DNA of 64,000 nucleotides from IMG/VR virus record IMGVR_UViG_3300035053_000291; one strand, written 5' to 3'. Position 1 is the first letter of the stretch. Each line of letters opens with the position of its first letter. Positions 19,370 to 28,200 of this stretch are shown piece after piece. The position numbers and the translations under genes are program-made. The notes below the pieces were generated by a model. It made no database searches. It was not told the origin of the DNA and was given only the letters and a program-made list of their open reading frames with translations. The stretch is from a virus.

Positions 19370-20239
19370 TGTAACGAGGGGGAATGCTTGGGTGTCAAAC
19401 CTCACATCCCCCCTTATAATAGGGCGTCATCGGCCTATTTTCAAATGGTTCGCAACTATCCTGGATGCTGCCAGGCTCATTTTACCCATGAGGATTTTCA
19501 GGTACACTAAGAACCACATGAAAACAGTTTTAAAAACCGAGTCTCAAGGGAAATGATCACATATGTGAAGGGCTAAAAGTCCCCCTGCAAAGCAAGGATC
19601 AAACCCATTGGGCCTATCACATCTGCTATTCCCCCAGTGTGCTTTAGACACTGGTTCGATGAACCATCACATCAGCCGCTATCAAGCGAGCCTTTTACCT
19701 CTCTTGGGTGTGATGGAAGTAGGATACCATACACGTCATTGTGTATGCACTTCAAACCGTTGCACAGTGCATTTCTCAGCCACTTTATCATAGGAACTCC
19801 ATTATTCTCAACCAACCATCTGGATGATATGTAAATAATGGGCGTTGGGTTACCAAAAGTTGTGAGGCGAACCTCTCATACGAGAGGAATCTGTCAACAC
19901 TTGTCTCCTTTCGGAGAATCGATTTTAGTCTCCTGTTGTGTCCTTTGCTGTTCCCGTAACTGATATCATCAAGGCGCCTTACGCCCCTATTACCAGGTGT
20001 CATCAGTCCCTTTCAGACATCTTCCCAGGTTGCCTCTCCCATCGGGAAGGGAGAGAAGAATAAGGGGAGTCAACCACCCTATGAGATATTCTCTCAAGGG
20101 GCAGATGTCTTACCGTATGGGTGTTTCTCAGGACCTCCGGCTTCTTTTTACTTTCAACCAGTCTTAGGAAACGCACCCGAAACAAAGGATGTGTTTGCCT
20201 ACCTGTGGTATTTTTTACGCCCCGTCCACTTAGGGCGAG
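19370..20239 (-). ncRNA. Candidate large structured ncRNA (~870 nt)
   Basis: No credible ORF; at least 12 perfect stems, GNRA and UGAGAA loops on the minus strand; preceded by mini-tRNA element. Confidence 0.65.
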
Positions 20240-20283
20240 TCCCAAGCAGAGGAATCGAACCTCTGGGAAGGCCATTCTTGGGC
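20240..20283 (-). ncRNA. Anticodon-less tRNA-like element 2
   Basis: G-CCCAAG-AATGGCCTTCC-CAGAGG-TTCGATT-CCTCTG-CTTGGG-A; 6+6 bp coaxial stack. Confidence 0.7.
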
Positions 20284-20810
20284 AGTTGTTTTTTTTCTTT
20301 TTTTTTCACAGGTGTTTTATTGCGTTCTTTTCCTGTGAGTTTTTTCTTTGTGTGGGGATTTTTTTTGTTTATGAAAATGTTTTTTGATTTAATTTTTTCA
20401 TGTTTTTTGCTTTTTTTTTCTCCTTATGTATCTCCACCCTATCCGTCCCATTTTTCACGAAAAAAAAAAATATTTTGAAAAAGAAAAAAAATTGGAACAA
20501 AAAAATAAATTGGAAAAAAAATTCGCAACAAAAAAAGAAAAAAAAGAAAAAATAAAAAAAGCAACAAAAGGAAAACAGGTCATCTAGGCATCTTGAGGCA
20601 GGAGGAGGAGGGGAGGGGCGGAGTGTGGGTTGCGGGGCAAAAATTTATTTTTGGCAGGGGTTCAGGGTGCCATAATGGGTCTCAAAATGTCTCTCAAAAA
20701 AGGTCTCATTCTCGGTCCCGAAATCTCTCTCAAATCGGGAACCTGTTTCTCCCTTAGAATGGACAGCTGTCCCCTTAGAAGAAAAAAAATTTAAAAAAAA
20801 TTTTTTTAGA
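20284..20810. other. Poly(T)/poly(A) tract region with G-rich run and short TCTCAAA repeats; possible origin or control region
   Basis: T-tracts 20284-20420 mirror A-tracts 20460-20580; G-runs 20601-20637; GGACAGCTGTCC flanked by CCCTTAGAA direct repeats. Confidence 0.4.
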
Positions 20811-20931
20811 GGTTTTTCTCTTTAGGTAGGTATGCCAGGATATTTTCCCCTCCTGGCTGGGTTGGATGCATCCCTTCCAGGTTATTTCTTTATTTTATAG
20901 GGGAATATGGCAGAAAAAGGCTTGTTTTGAA

Positions 20932-21006
20932 TAGCGGGAGATGGACTCGAACCACCGATCTGGAGGATATGGGCCTTCCGGGATGACCAGGCTTCCCCAT
21001 CCCGCT
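20932..21006 (-). tRNA. tRNA-Met(CAT), archaeal initiator-type, altered anticodon arm
   Basis: 75-nt cloverleaf AGCGGGA/TCCCGCT, A1:U72, D-stem GGGA/TCCC, TTCGAGT T-loop; CCA not encoded. Confidence 0.9.
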
Positions 21007-21329
21007 AAAAGGAGTATGGTTGCAGGAAAAAAAGCATTCATTTAGGGGACAAAAGCCATACGAAAGATCCTGCAACCATGGTTTACCTATGGCAAGCAAT
21101 ATCACAAATTGAATCTAGAGGTAAAAAGGCTTGTTTCGGGAGGGAGAAAAAGGGAGAAAGAAATGCAAAAAAAGCCCTTCTTCTCCCCGGTGATATGTAT
21201 GAATGGCAGAGATGAGGGGCATTTGAACAAAAAATCTCTATGTATTGGCAGATACGAGGAATAAATAATGCACTCTGCCCCTCATTACAATTCTACAGGA
21301 GTATATTGGGAGGTAAAAAGGCTTGTGTT

Positions 21330-21611
21330 CTACAAAGAATCGATGACTTTGAGTGCTTCCATGATCTTATCTTCAGGGATATGGTAAAAGGTGTGTTTCT
21401 TATTGTCTTTTTTCTTCTCTATTATTCCTATCTTTTTTAAGTGTATATGATAAATGTGTGACATCTCTATCGGTGGAAGGTTGGTTTTCTTACCCAGATC
21501 GCTCTGTTCTATCTTCCGTGGTGCGATCTGAATCAGAACATTGATGATCTTTCTCGTCTGACGGGGCTTATTTTCTTCCATCTCATCACATAAAACGATA
21601 TCTGTTGACAA
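21330..21611 (-). CDS. ArsR-like wHTH regulator
   Basis: IEQSDLGKKTNLPPIEMSHIYHIHLKKIGIIE...HTFY; probable leaderless start ATG 21581. Confidence 0.7.
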   Translation of the reverse strand: MSTDIVLCDEMEENKPRQTRKIINVLIQIAPRKIEQSDLGKKTNLPPIEMSHIYHIHLKKIGIIEKKKDNKKHTFYHIPEDKIMEALKVIDSL

Positions 21612-21656
21612 AAAGGCTTGTTCTCAAAAGAAAAAAAGAAAGGGTGTTGATTCCCT

Positions 21657-22559
21657 TTAGTTTGGCATTAACCAAGTTTGCATCGTATAGTCGCCTTCTG
21701 TTATCAACATATCAAATTCGTACTTGACTATCGTAGTATAGAAACTGTTTTCAGGTAAAATGAATTCAGTTCCTGGTGCAGGTTGAATACAAACATCAAA
21801 GAGACTTGATGAATCACCAGTTGATTTTCCTGGGATATATGCTTGTTGACCGTAACTTGTTTCGATATCGCCCATTACTTTGATTTTTTCTCCGAGTTTT
21901 TCGGCTGGAACAGTGATTGTATGTTGACCATCAAAACCAATACCATCATGGGTTATGGTGTAATCTGGTTCACTTCCAGTTTTGTATTCAAATTCATGAA
22001 TCCATCCAGAGCTGGTATAATACCATAAATCTGGAATTTCTGATGACATTACGTCCATTTGCCAATTATACCATCCATTACCATCGGTATCAATTGCGAG
22101 TAGATATGCTTGGGATGGGAATTCGAATCTGTACTCATCATTTTCACAATCATATACAATGTCGAATTTTCTGGTGTCATCCCCACCATAATAATCTTCT
22201 GTATCTTCACCTGCATCATACCATTCGATGTCATGCAAATCCATATTGGTTAAATGATATGACGTAGTTACACCATTTGGAATACTTTCCGATAAATACA
22301 CTGGTGCTTCCTGTGAAGCTCTGTTTTTAATGTAGAATGTTTTGCATACTGTGTCTCCACCAGTTACATCACCAATAGACATATCAACTACATCATCGTA
22401 TGGTTTCCATTCGCCACCAGCCTTTTTAATAACGACTGATTGTTTCACGTTTGCGGTTGTTTCAACTTTTCCATAGTATGTTAGCAATCCTGCTGATACA
22501 ACAACAGCTGATATTGCGAGAACTGCTAATATACCTAGTACTTTTCTTCCGATTTTCAT
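21657..22559 (-). CDS. Secreted/surface protein with TasA/camelysin-like (SipW-type) N-terminus
   Basis: Basic plus hydrophobic signal followed by AGLLTYYG..TANVKQSV. Confidence 0.65.
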   Translation of the reverse strand: MKIGRKVLGILAVLAISAVVVSAGLLTYYGKVETTANVKQSVVIKKAGGEWKPYDDVVDMSIGDVTGGDTVCKTFYIKNRASQEAPVYLSESIPNGVTTSYHLTNMDLHDIEWYDAGEDTEDYYGGDDTRKFDIVYDCENDEYRFEFPSQAYLLAIDTDGNGWYNWQMDVMSSEIPDLWYYTSSGWIHEFEYKTGSEPDYTITHDGIGFDGQHTITVPAEKLGEKIKVMGDIETSYGQQAYIPGKSTGDSSSLFDVCIQPAPGTEFILPENSFYTTIVKYEFDMLITEGDYTMQTWLMPN

Positions 22560-22575
22560 AGTTTTTGTTCTCCTT

Positions 22576-22598
22576 GACCCCTCTTTCTTTTTGGGGTC
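22576..22598 (-). terminator. Hairpin 3' of mini-tRNA element 3
   Basis: GACCCC-N-GGGGTC inverted repeat. Confidence 0.5.
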
Positions 22599-22600
22599 TA

Positions 22601-22656
22601 TACATCAGGACAGGACTCGAACCTGTTCTCTTTTATTGAGGGCCATTGCTGATGTC
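22601..22656 (-). ncRNA. tRNA-like element 3 (vestigial 3-bp central hairpin)
   Basis: G-ACATCAG-CAATGGCC-CTCAATAAAAGAG-A-ACAGG-TTCGAGT-CCTGT-C-CTGATGT-A. Confidence 0.65.
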
Positions 22657-23279
22657 TATTCTTCTTTCTTCTCTCTTCTTTTGAATATGACAATAATTAT
22701 GAATAAAAGTGAAAAGATGCTTATCCAGGCCAGTGTTCCAATGATATTATTCTCTTTTTTTGATGTTCCTGAAGAGAATGTGATTGTTCCTTGTTGTATT
22801 CGTGCCTCAGATGGTGGTTCTTCATCTGTGGGTTCTTCATCTGTGGGTTCTTCATCTGTGGTTTCTTCAGTGTCTTCTGTATCTTCGGGTGCTGATGGTG
22901 CTCTTGTTCTTGATCTATATGCTGGCCCATCGTCTTGTATTGGTGATTCTTCTTCTTTTATGATATATTTATAATCTATTTGTATGGTGTATTCTTCTGG
23001 CATCAGTGCAGGAGAGGTCTGTATTGTGGCTTCTACGGTCTTTGTTCCTTTGAAGGTGAATGATTCTTCTGAAAAAGAGATGGTCATTCCTTCGCCTGAT
23101 GGTTGTATATTATATGACATCCATACTGTGGTTTTTTCATCTGATCTGAATGTTATCTCTATTAGTTCATCGCATCCTGCTATCAGGTCCGGGGTTTCTT
23201 CTATTTCTGCAGTGAGTGTTGCTTGCGCTGCTGATGAGGTGCATATGATGAATAATATTCCTATTGCTTCCTTTTTCAT
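22656..23279 (-). CDS. Surface protein: signal peptide, Ig-like domain, acidic DEEPT repeats, C-terminal TM anchor
   Basis: 15-nt tandem repeat x3 at ~22815-22860; TM followed by KRREKK. Confidence 0.8.
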   Translation of the reverse strand: MKKEAIGILFIICTSSAAQATLTAEIEETPDLIAGCDELIEITFRSDEKTTVWMSYNIQPSGEGMTISFSEESFTFKGTKTVEATIQTSPALMPEEYTIQIDYKYIIKEEESPIQDDGPAYRSRTRAPSAPEDTEDTEETTDEEPTDEEPTDEEPPSEARIQQGTITFSSGTSKKENNIIGTLAWISIFSLLFIIIVIFKRREKKEE

Positions 23280-23526
23280 TTTTTATTCCCTTTTATCCCA
23301 AAAGGGAGGTTACTTCTCCCCCCCATACTTTCACAATTCACCTTTTTCGCTTAAAGGCGTGGTTGCAAAATCAGGTTTTTGTCATACAATTTTCTCATTT
23401 CGCCTCCCTTTTGGCGATAGTTTAATATACTTCAAAATATATAAATGTTATGTATCAAATACCTTTTTATTAGGTATCGGACAACTGTCCATGGAAAATT
23501 ACATATATAATTGGGAGGTATTCGTT

Positions 23527-23661
23527 ATGCCAATGTCATACGAAAAGATCACTATTTCTTTACCGCCAGATTTGAAAAGGAAGCTGGAAAAAACAGCAAA
23601 AAAAGAGAGAAGGAGCCAATCGAATTTGATCGCTTGGCTTATTGAACGGTATGATCCCTAG
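23527..23661 (+). CDS. Ribbon-helix-helix regulator (44 aa)
   Basis: EKITISLPPDLKRKLEKTAKKERRSQSNLIAWLIE; GGAGG SD; 3' end of track ORF 22984..23661. Confidence 0.85.
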   Translation: MPMSYEKITISLPPDLKRKLEKTAKKERRSQSNLIAWLIERYDP

Positions 23662-24211
23662 ATTCGCTCTCTCTGTTTTCTACAAGTCGCCAATTGAATG
23701 AGGTTGTGTACTGGCCATGTGATCCATATGCATAATCTATTTCTATCCAGATGTAATGTCTTTCGTTTTCATTGAACCGTATGGGTTTTTCCGATGGGTA
23801 GATTATCAATGCATCCTCATCTATTTGGGTATACCATCCCTCTTCTATTGCATCGTAGTATGGTCCTCGATCGATAGAAACCCGTATTGCATCAAAATCT
23901 TCTATGGTTAGGTATGGTTCAGATTTTATGATCAACTCAGGGTTTGCCCTGCATGCTCTTTTAGCAGTTCCTTCAACATGGAATTTTGCTGATCCGCCTG
24001 TCTTTATCTTCTCGAAATCGATGTGTTCATTGTTTTTTATTTCTATTCTTCTTCCATCTTTGAATATCTCTGTTCTGATCTGTTGTGGCATCACTACATT
24101 CATATCCGCTGTTACCTCATTGCTCACATAATGTGACACATATGCTGATGATAGGGTAGCAGATGCAATCACAACGAGCAAAAAGATAGGTGCTATCCTC
24201 TTTGCTTTCAT
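23639..24211 (-). CDS. Secreted/surface protein with TasA/camelysin-like signal
   Basis: MKAKRIAPIFLLVVIASATLSSAYVSHYVSNEV; start reassigned to ATG 24211. Confidence 0.65.
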   Translation of the reverse strand: MKAKRIAPIFLLVVIASATLSSAYVSHYVSNEVTADMNVVMPQQIRTEIFKDGRRIEIKNNEHIDFEKIKTGGSAKFHVEGTAKRACRANPELIIKSEPYLTIEDFDAIRVSIDRGPYYDAIEEGWYTQIDEDALIIYPSEKPIRFNENERHYIWIEIDYAYGSHGQYTTSFNWRLVENRESESRDHTVQ

Positions 24212-24236
24212 GGTATAATCCAATCTTTCTATTGTC

Positions 24237-24917
24237 TTAAGTCTGTGTCTCGATTTCCTGTCTGCAGATGTCCCGTGCTGCAGGCAACGCTCTGAACAAG
24301 TCGACATTGCAAGGCAAAGAACGGTATTCAAAACGATACAGGTCTCCAAATTTGCTTGTTTCCTTTGGTTCCCATTCACCAGGGAATCTTCCAGCGTACA
24401 TGATCTCACGATCGTATAGTGTGTCCATGCGTCTTATGATGTTTTTTATGGTCATCTCTGGGATGATGAGTTTGTCTTTTGTCTCCGGGTCATGTACAGA
24501 GAGATGGATATGCAATCCGCTATGGAGCATATATCCTCCATTGTGCTTTGAGAAACCGAGGTGTAAACTTTCATTTGTCCCATAGATGTTCTCTGTTTTA
24601 TCCTCAAAATCATAGACATGGTATTTCTCTGCCAAGGCATCTATCCAGTCTTTATGATAATAGATCCGGTCGTTCATCAACAGTTTCATCCCATTCTCAT
24701 GGGCTTGATTTTTCGCATCGATCAATTGCGCATAGATCGATTTGATAACTGTCGCAATGTCTGTACTTGGTGTACTTCTGAACTCGATAAGAAAACCCAT
24801 CTCATCATTGGGATATCCCAACGGTTTTGGTTCTACCAGTTCGATATCTTTACTCCCATTGTCTTTTGCTAAAAAAGCCTCAACTTCACATCCTACAACA
24901 ATCTCTTTTTCTTGCAT
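24237..24917 (-). CDS. COOH-NH2 ligase (glutamate-cysteine ligase fold, phiEco32-like amidoligase)
   Basis: VGCEVEAFL, LIEFRSTP, GLHIHLS, FEYRSLP. Confidence 0.75.
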   Translation of the reverse strand: MQEKEIVVGCEVEAFLAKDNGSKDIELVEPKPLGYPNDEMGFLIEFRSTPSTDIATVIKSIYAQLIDAKNQAHENGMKLLMNDRIYYHKDWIDALAEKYHVYDFEDKTENIYGTNESLHLGFSKHNGGYMLHSGLHIHLSVHDPETKDKLIIPEMTIKNIIRRMDTLYDREIMYAGRFPGEWEPKETSKFGDLYRFEYRSLPCNVDLFRALPAARDICRQEIETQT

Positions 24918-24941
24918 AGGATAAGAAGTCTTATTATCACC

Positions 24942-25178
24942 TTAAGGTTGTGTTCCGATTGGTCCCGTGATGCTTTCTACTTTTCTTATTTCCTTTGAGA
25001 GTTTTCTATTTTTTTCGTAAAGGCTCTTGAGATGTTCCAAGTCTTCGAACAATTCTACGACTAATGTTCCCTCTTCCACTTCTTCTATTTCCGCCCGATG
25101 GATCATATCTTGCAGTTTCTTTCGTTCTTCAATGAGTTGTTTTCCTCTTTCTATTGCTGCTTCTTTCATTGTATTCAT
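24942..25178 (-). CDS. Hypothetical coiled-coil protein
   Basis: ORF track. Confidence 0.65.
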   Translation of the reverse strand: MNTMKEAAIERGKQLIEERKKLQDMIHRAEIEEVEEGTLVVELFEDLEHLKSLYEKNRKLSKEIRKVESITGPIGTQP

Positions 25179-25609
25179 CTGATGTTCTCCTTGAAAATAC
25201 TATACTTGTCACAATTCCTAAGATGTCTTAAGAGCTTGTTCTCAAAAGAGTTCGTCGTATTGTTGGTTATCAGGATGATATCTATCTCCCCATTCGGGCC
25301 AAGGATGCGTTTTTCCATGAGATACTCTATGTTGTTCTTGTCTGCGACCTGTTTGATCTGCTCTGCCACATGGTCCTCATATTTCCTCCCGCCAAGGATA
25401 TGGAAATTACCGTTGTTGTTATCTCTTATCTCTGCAGTGAGAAGATAGTCGACTCTCAATTGCCCATTGAATGCATTCCGTATCTCCTCCACTTTATTCT
25501 TATGAATCTTATTAGAATTGATAAGGAGTGATCTGACCTGGACATTTCCTGTTGCTTCTTGTTTGATGTGTTCTACTTTGGGATTGAACTTGTTTATCTT
25601 TTCCATCAT
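25175..25609 (-). CDS. Hypothetical protein
   Basis: ORF track, ATGA overlap. Confidence 0.65.
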   Translation of the reverse strand: MMEKINKFNPKVEHIKQEATGNVQVRSLLINSNKIHKNKVEEIRNAFNGQLRVDYLLTAEIRDNNNGNFHILGGRKYEDHVAEQIKQVADKNNIEYLMEKRILGPNGEIDIILITNNTTNSFENKLLRHLRNCDKYSIFKENIR

Positions 25610-25738
25610 AAATTTATTATGCTTTGCGGTGGTCTCAAAGACAAACCATTTCGCCCCGCCATTGTTGCTCCAGCCTTTCTTCTTCTCTTCGGTGAAGAGA
25701 TTATTGATCCTGATGTGTTTCTTTTTGATAATATCACA

Positions 25739-25984
25739 TCATTTTTTCTTTTTCTGGCACTCAGTGCAAATGAATCTTCCCGTGGTGGTGTCAAGTGTTC
25801 CCTCTTCCTTGTTCTCCAGACAACTGTCGCAGACATATCTGATCTTCTTTTTTTTGGTCACTTTGATGTGTTCTCCTCGTTCTTTCATGGTAGTTGTTTC
25901 AATCTTCTTTTTCTTTCCCAGGTCTTTGAACAGCGAAAACGCATCTTCAAAATCCGGGACGATAGCGGTTATCAGATAACTCAT
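25739..25984 (-). CDS. Zn-finger protein
   Basis: CDSC...CTEC. Confidence 0.7.
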   Translation of the reverse strand: MSYLITAIVPDFEDAFSLFKDLGKKKKIETTTMKERGEHIKVTKKKKIRYVCDSCLENKEEGTLDTTTGRFICTECQKKKK

Positions 25985-28200
25985 TTTGTTTCCTCCTTTG
26001 GTTTTTGAAAAAAGAATTGGTTTGCCTGTGATGGTGAAAAGGTGAGTTTCGGCGGCATCTCCGCTGAGGTGTTGTAGGTGTAGATCACCATCATATGTGG
26101 TATCTTGATGTTCACGAACAAGACCATGATGCGGGATTTCTTTCCTTCTTCGGAGAGTTTATTATGATAAGCGATCTCCGGGCCGATCTCCTCTTTCTTC
26201 AAGGTCTCACTCCGTGGACTGATGTAACACTTGACAGATAAGACTGTGTATGATTCATCCTCATGTTGTAGGACGAAATCTGGTTTTCCATGGGTATCTG
26301 AGTAATCAGAATGCTGGATGTATTCCACCTTTTCCAGCACATTAGGAATGATGTATCCTTCCTCAAGGATGTTCTCTATCCAATCTTCGAACAATCCACC
26401 CAGTACATAACTCATGGTCCCCCGGAATTGTTTCTTCCGATACTTGACCGCTTCAATGCTGGTGTATTCTATGGGGATGTTCAATTTATTACGCTGGTCC
26501 TCACTCTGTGATATCTCATAGATCTGCCTGTTGGTGTAGATATCATAGTTTCCAATGCCTTCTCCCATCATGTAGACCACTGCACGTTCCTGTTGTGAGG
26601 GGTCACTTTCCAAGATGGTGTTGATGAGTTCCTCTTCAGATATCTGGAATTCGATGATATTGTCTGATGTATGGGTTGCCTTCTCCACCAGTTCCTTATC
26701 CTGTTCCTTGGTAGTTATCTTCTTTGTCGCTGTTTTCCCGGATTTCTGTTCCTCTGGATGCATCTGATGCCACAGGTAGAGCAGATGGTCGTAGATCTTC
26801 CTGAAATTAGCTGGTTTTTCTATCAATTGCCGATGAGAGGAGATCTTTCTTCGGGCAAGGTCTTTGATGATGTTTCTTCCTTTGGCCATGTGTGGTGATA
26901 TCTGTTCATCTTCACAGATCTGGATAAGTCGTTGTGCGACCCGTTCGATATTATCCCGTTCATCCATGTTGCTATAATGATATTTGATGATACGGTCATC
27001 CAATGATTTTATTTTATTATTCAATATCTTCTTGAAGAATGAGCGGACATGTGGTTTCAACGGTTCGAAATCCCGTGGGTCCTGGTCCTTTGCCAGGACA
27101 TCTGTCAGGAAATTGATCAGTGACCGTCTCCGGTCTTCTTGCTTGGCGAATGGATCATACGGGGGCATCAGCAGGTCTTTGTTGCTGTAGATGAACTGTG
27201 CCCACTGGTCCAGTGTCTCCGTGTCTGCCTTTATCTTCTTCTGAAATCCTTTTCCGCCGATGACATGTTTGACCACGTTCTTTGGTGCTGGAGGAGCATA
27301 CAACCAACCGATCTCTTTGGTGTACATGTCCTTGACCACAGACCATGATTTCGCATCCATGTCCTTTCCCCGTCTCCACTTGGCTTCCTTTTCCCCCAGT
27401 TTCTTCAGCCAGTATGAAGTGATCCGTTTACGGATGGTCTGTTCCCGTTTCTCATCCATGGCGCTGAGTCCTTTGTATATCTCAAATAACTTGTTCTGAT
27501 GGAATGTCTGGTCAATGGTCGGTAACTGCGGACCCCAGACGATGAAGAGTAATGCAGAAACAGTTGCGATGTTCTCCGGTAAGAATTGTTTCAGTGCATC
27601 CGGGTCTTTATGATGCCTGTCGATGAGTTCGATGATCTTATCCGGTATTGGTTTTCCATAGGTCTTTTCCGCCCGATGAAGTAATACTCTCTTTCGGTAG
27701 ATGTGACGGATAGCATTGTATTTCTCAATGGCCTCCATCATGGCATCAGATGTTCCCCTTCGGGCATGTTGGCTGCCATCTTCATCTCCTCCGCCCATCG
27801 GATCGTCGATGCTCATGTAGATGACATCACATTCTGGATCAATCTCACTTAATACATTGGGAAAAAATGAGGCTTCCAAACACTGACACCTGTCGCCATA
27901 GAATTCCTTAAGATGATAGCCGATAGCACGGCTGAGTGTCGACTTTCCGGTAGAAGGCCCCCCGTAGATGTGGATGCTCATCAGTTCGATCTTTGCATCC
28001 GGTATCGGCATCTCGATGGTCTTGAAAAATTTCTCCGTGAGGTTCTTCTCATGTTTCTTCCACTGCGGCAGTCCTGCTTTCGTGGAACGGAACATATCCG
28101 AATTGTGCCTGATCCCTGTCTCTTTCGACGTCCCGATGTTACACGGGTCGATCAGGCTGGAAAGGTCACCGTCGCATCCAAGGGAGTTTTGACTTCCCAC
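25981..28200 (-). CDS. P-loop ATPase fused to C-terminal PD-(D/E)xK-like nuclease
   Basis: IHIYGGPSTGKST, YMSIDD; C-terminal GLFE..GKPDFVL..SVKC. Confidence 0.7.
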   Translation of the reverse strand: MGSQNSLGCDGDLSSLIDPCNIGTSKETGIRHNSDMFRSTKAGLPQWKKHEKNLTEKFFKTIEMPIPDAKIELMSIHIYGGPSTGKSTLSRAIGYHLKEFYGDRCQCLEASFFPNVLSEIDPECDVIYMSIDDPMGGGDEDGSQHARRGTSDAMMEAIEKYNAIRHIYRKRVLLHRAEKTYGKPIPDKIIELIDRHHKDPDALKQFLPENIATVSALLFIVWGPQLPTIDQTFHQNKLFEIYKGLSAMDEKREQTIRKRITSYWLKKLGEKEAKWRRGKDMDAKSWSVVKDMYTKEIGWLYAPPAPKNVVKHVIGGKGFQKKIKADTETLDQWAQFIYSNKDLLMPPYDPFAKQEDRRRSLINFLTDVLAKDQDPRDFEPLKPHVRSFFKKILNNKIKSLDDRIIKYHYSNMDERDNIERVAQRLIQICEDEQISPHMAKGRNIIKDLARRKISSHRQLIEKPANFRKIYDHLLYLWHQMHPEEQKSGKTATKKITTKEQDKELVEKATHTSDNIIEFQISEEELINTILESDPSQQERAVVYMMGEGIGNYDIYTNRQIYEISQSEDQRNKLNIPIEYTSIEAVKYRKKQFRGTMSYVLGGLFEDWIENILEEGYIIPNVLEKVEYIQHSDYSDTHGKPDFVLQHEDESYTVLSVKCYISPRSETLKKEEIGPEIAYHNKLSEEGKKSRIMVLFVNIKIPHMMVIYTYNTSAEMPPKLTFSPSQANQFFFQKPKEETK

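Noticed and set aside
19370-20239. RNase P RNA, group I or group II intron identity for the large RNA
   Set aside because: No GAGGAAAGUCC/CR-V pair on the transcribed strand; a GAGACUA resembling the group I R element has no matching UAGUC S element; no group II domain V; no flanking exons
19608-20478. Short ORFs over the structured region and the T-tract
   Set aside because: Non-ATG or SD-less starts, atypical composition and mutual overlaps; better explained as ncRNA and low-complexity sequence
22815-22860. 15-nt tandem repeat as a regulatory element
   Set aside because: Encodes the acidic DEEPT linker of a surface protein
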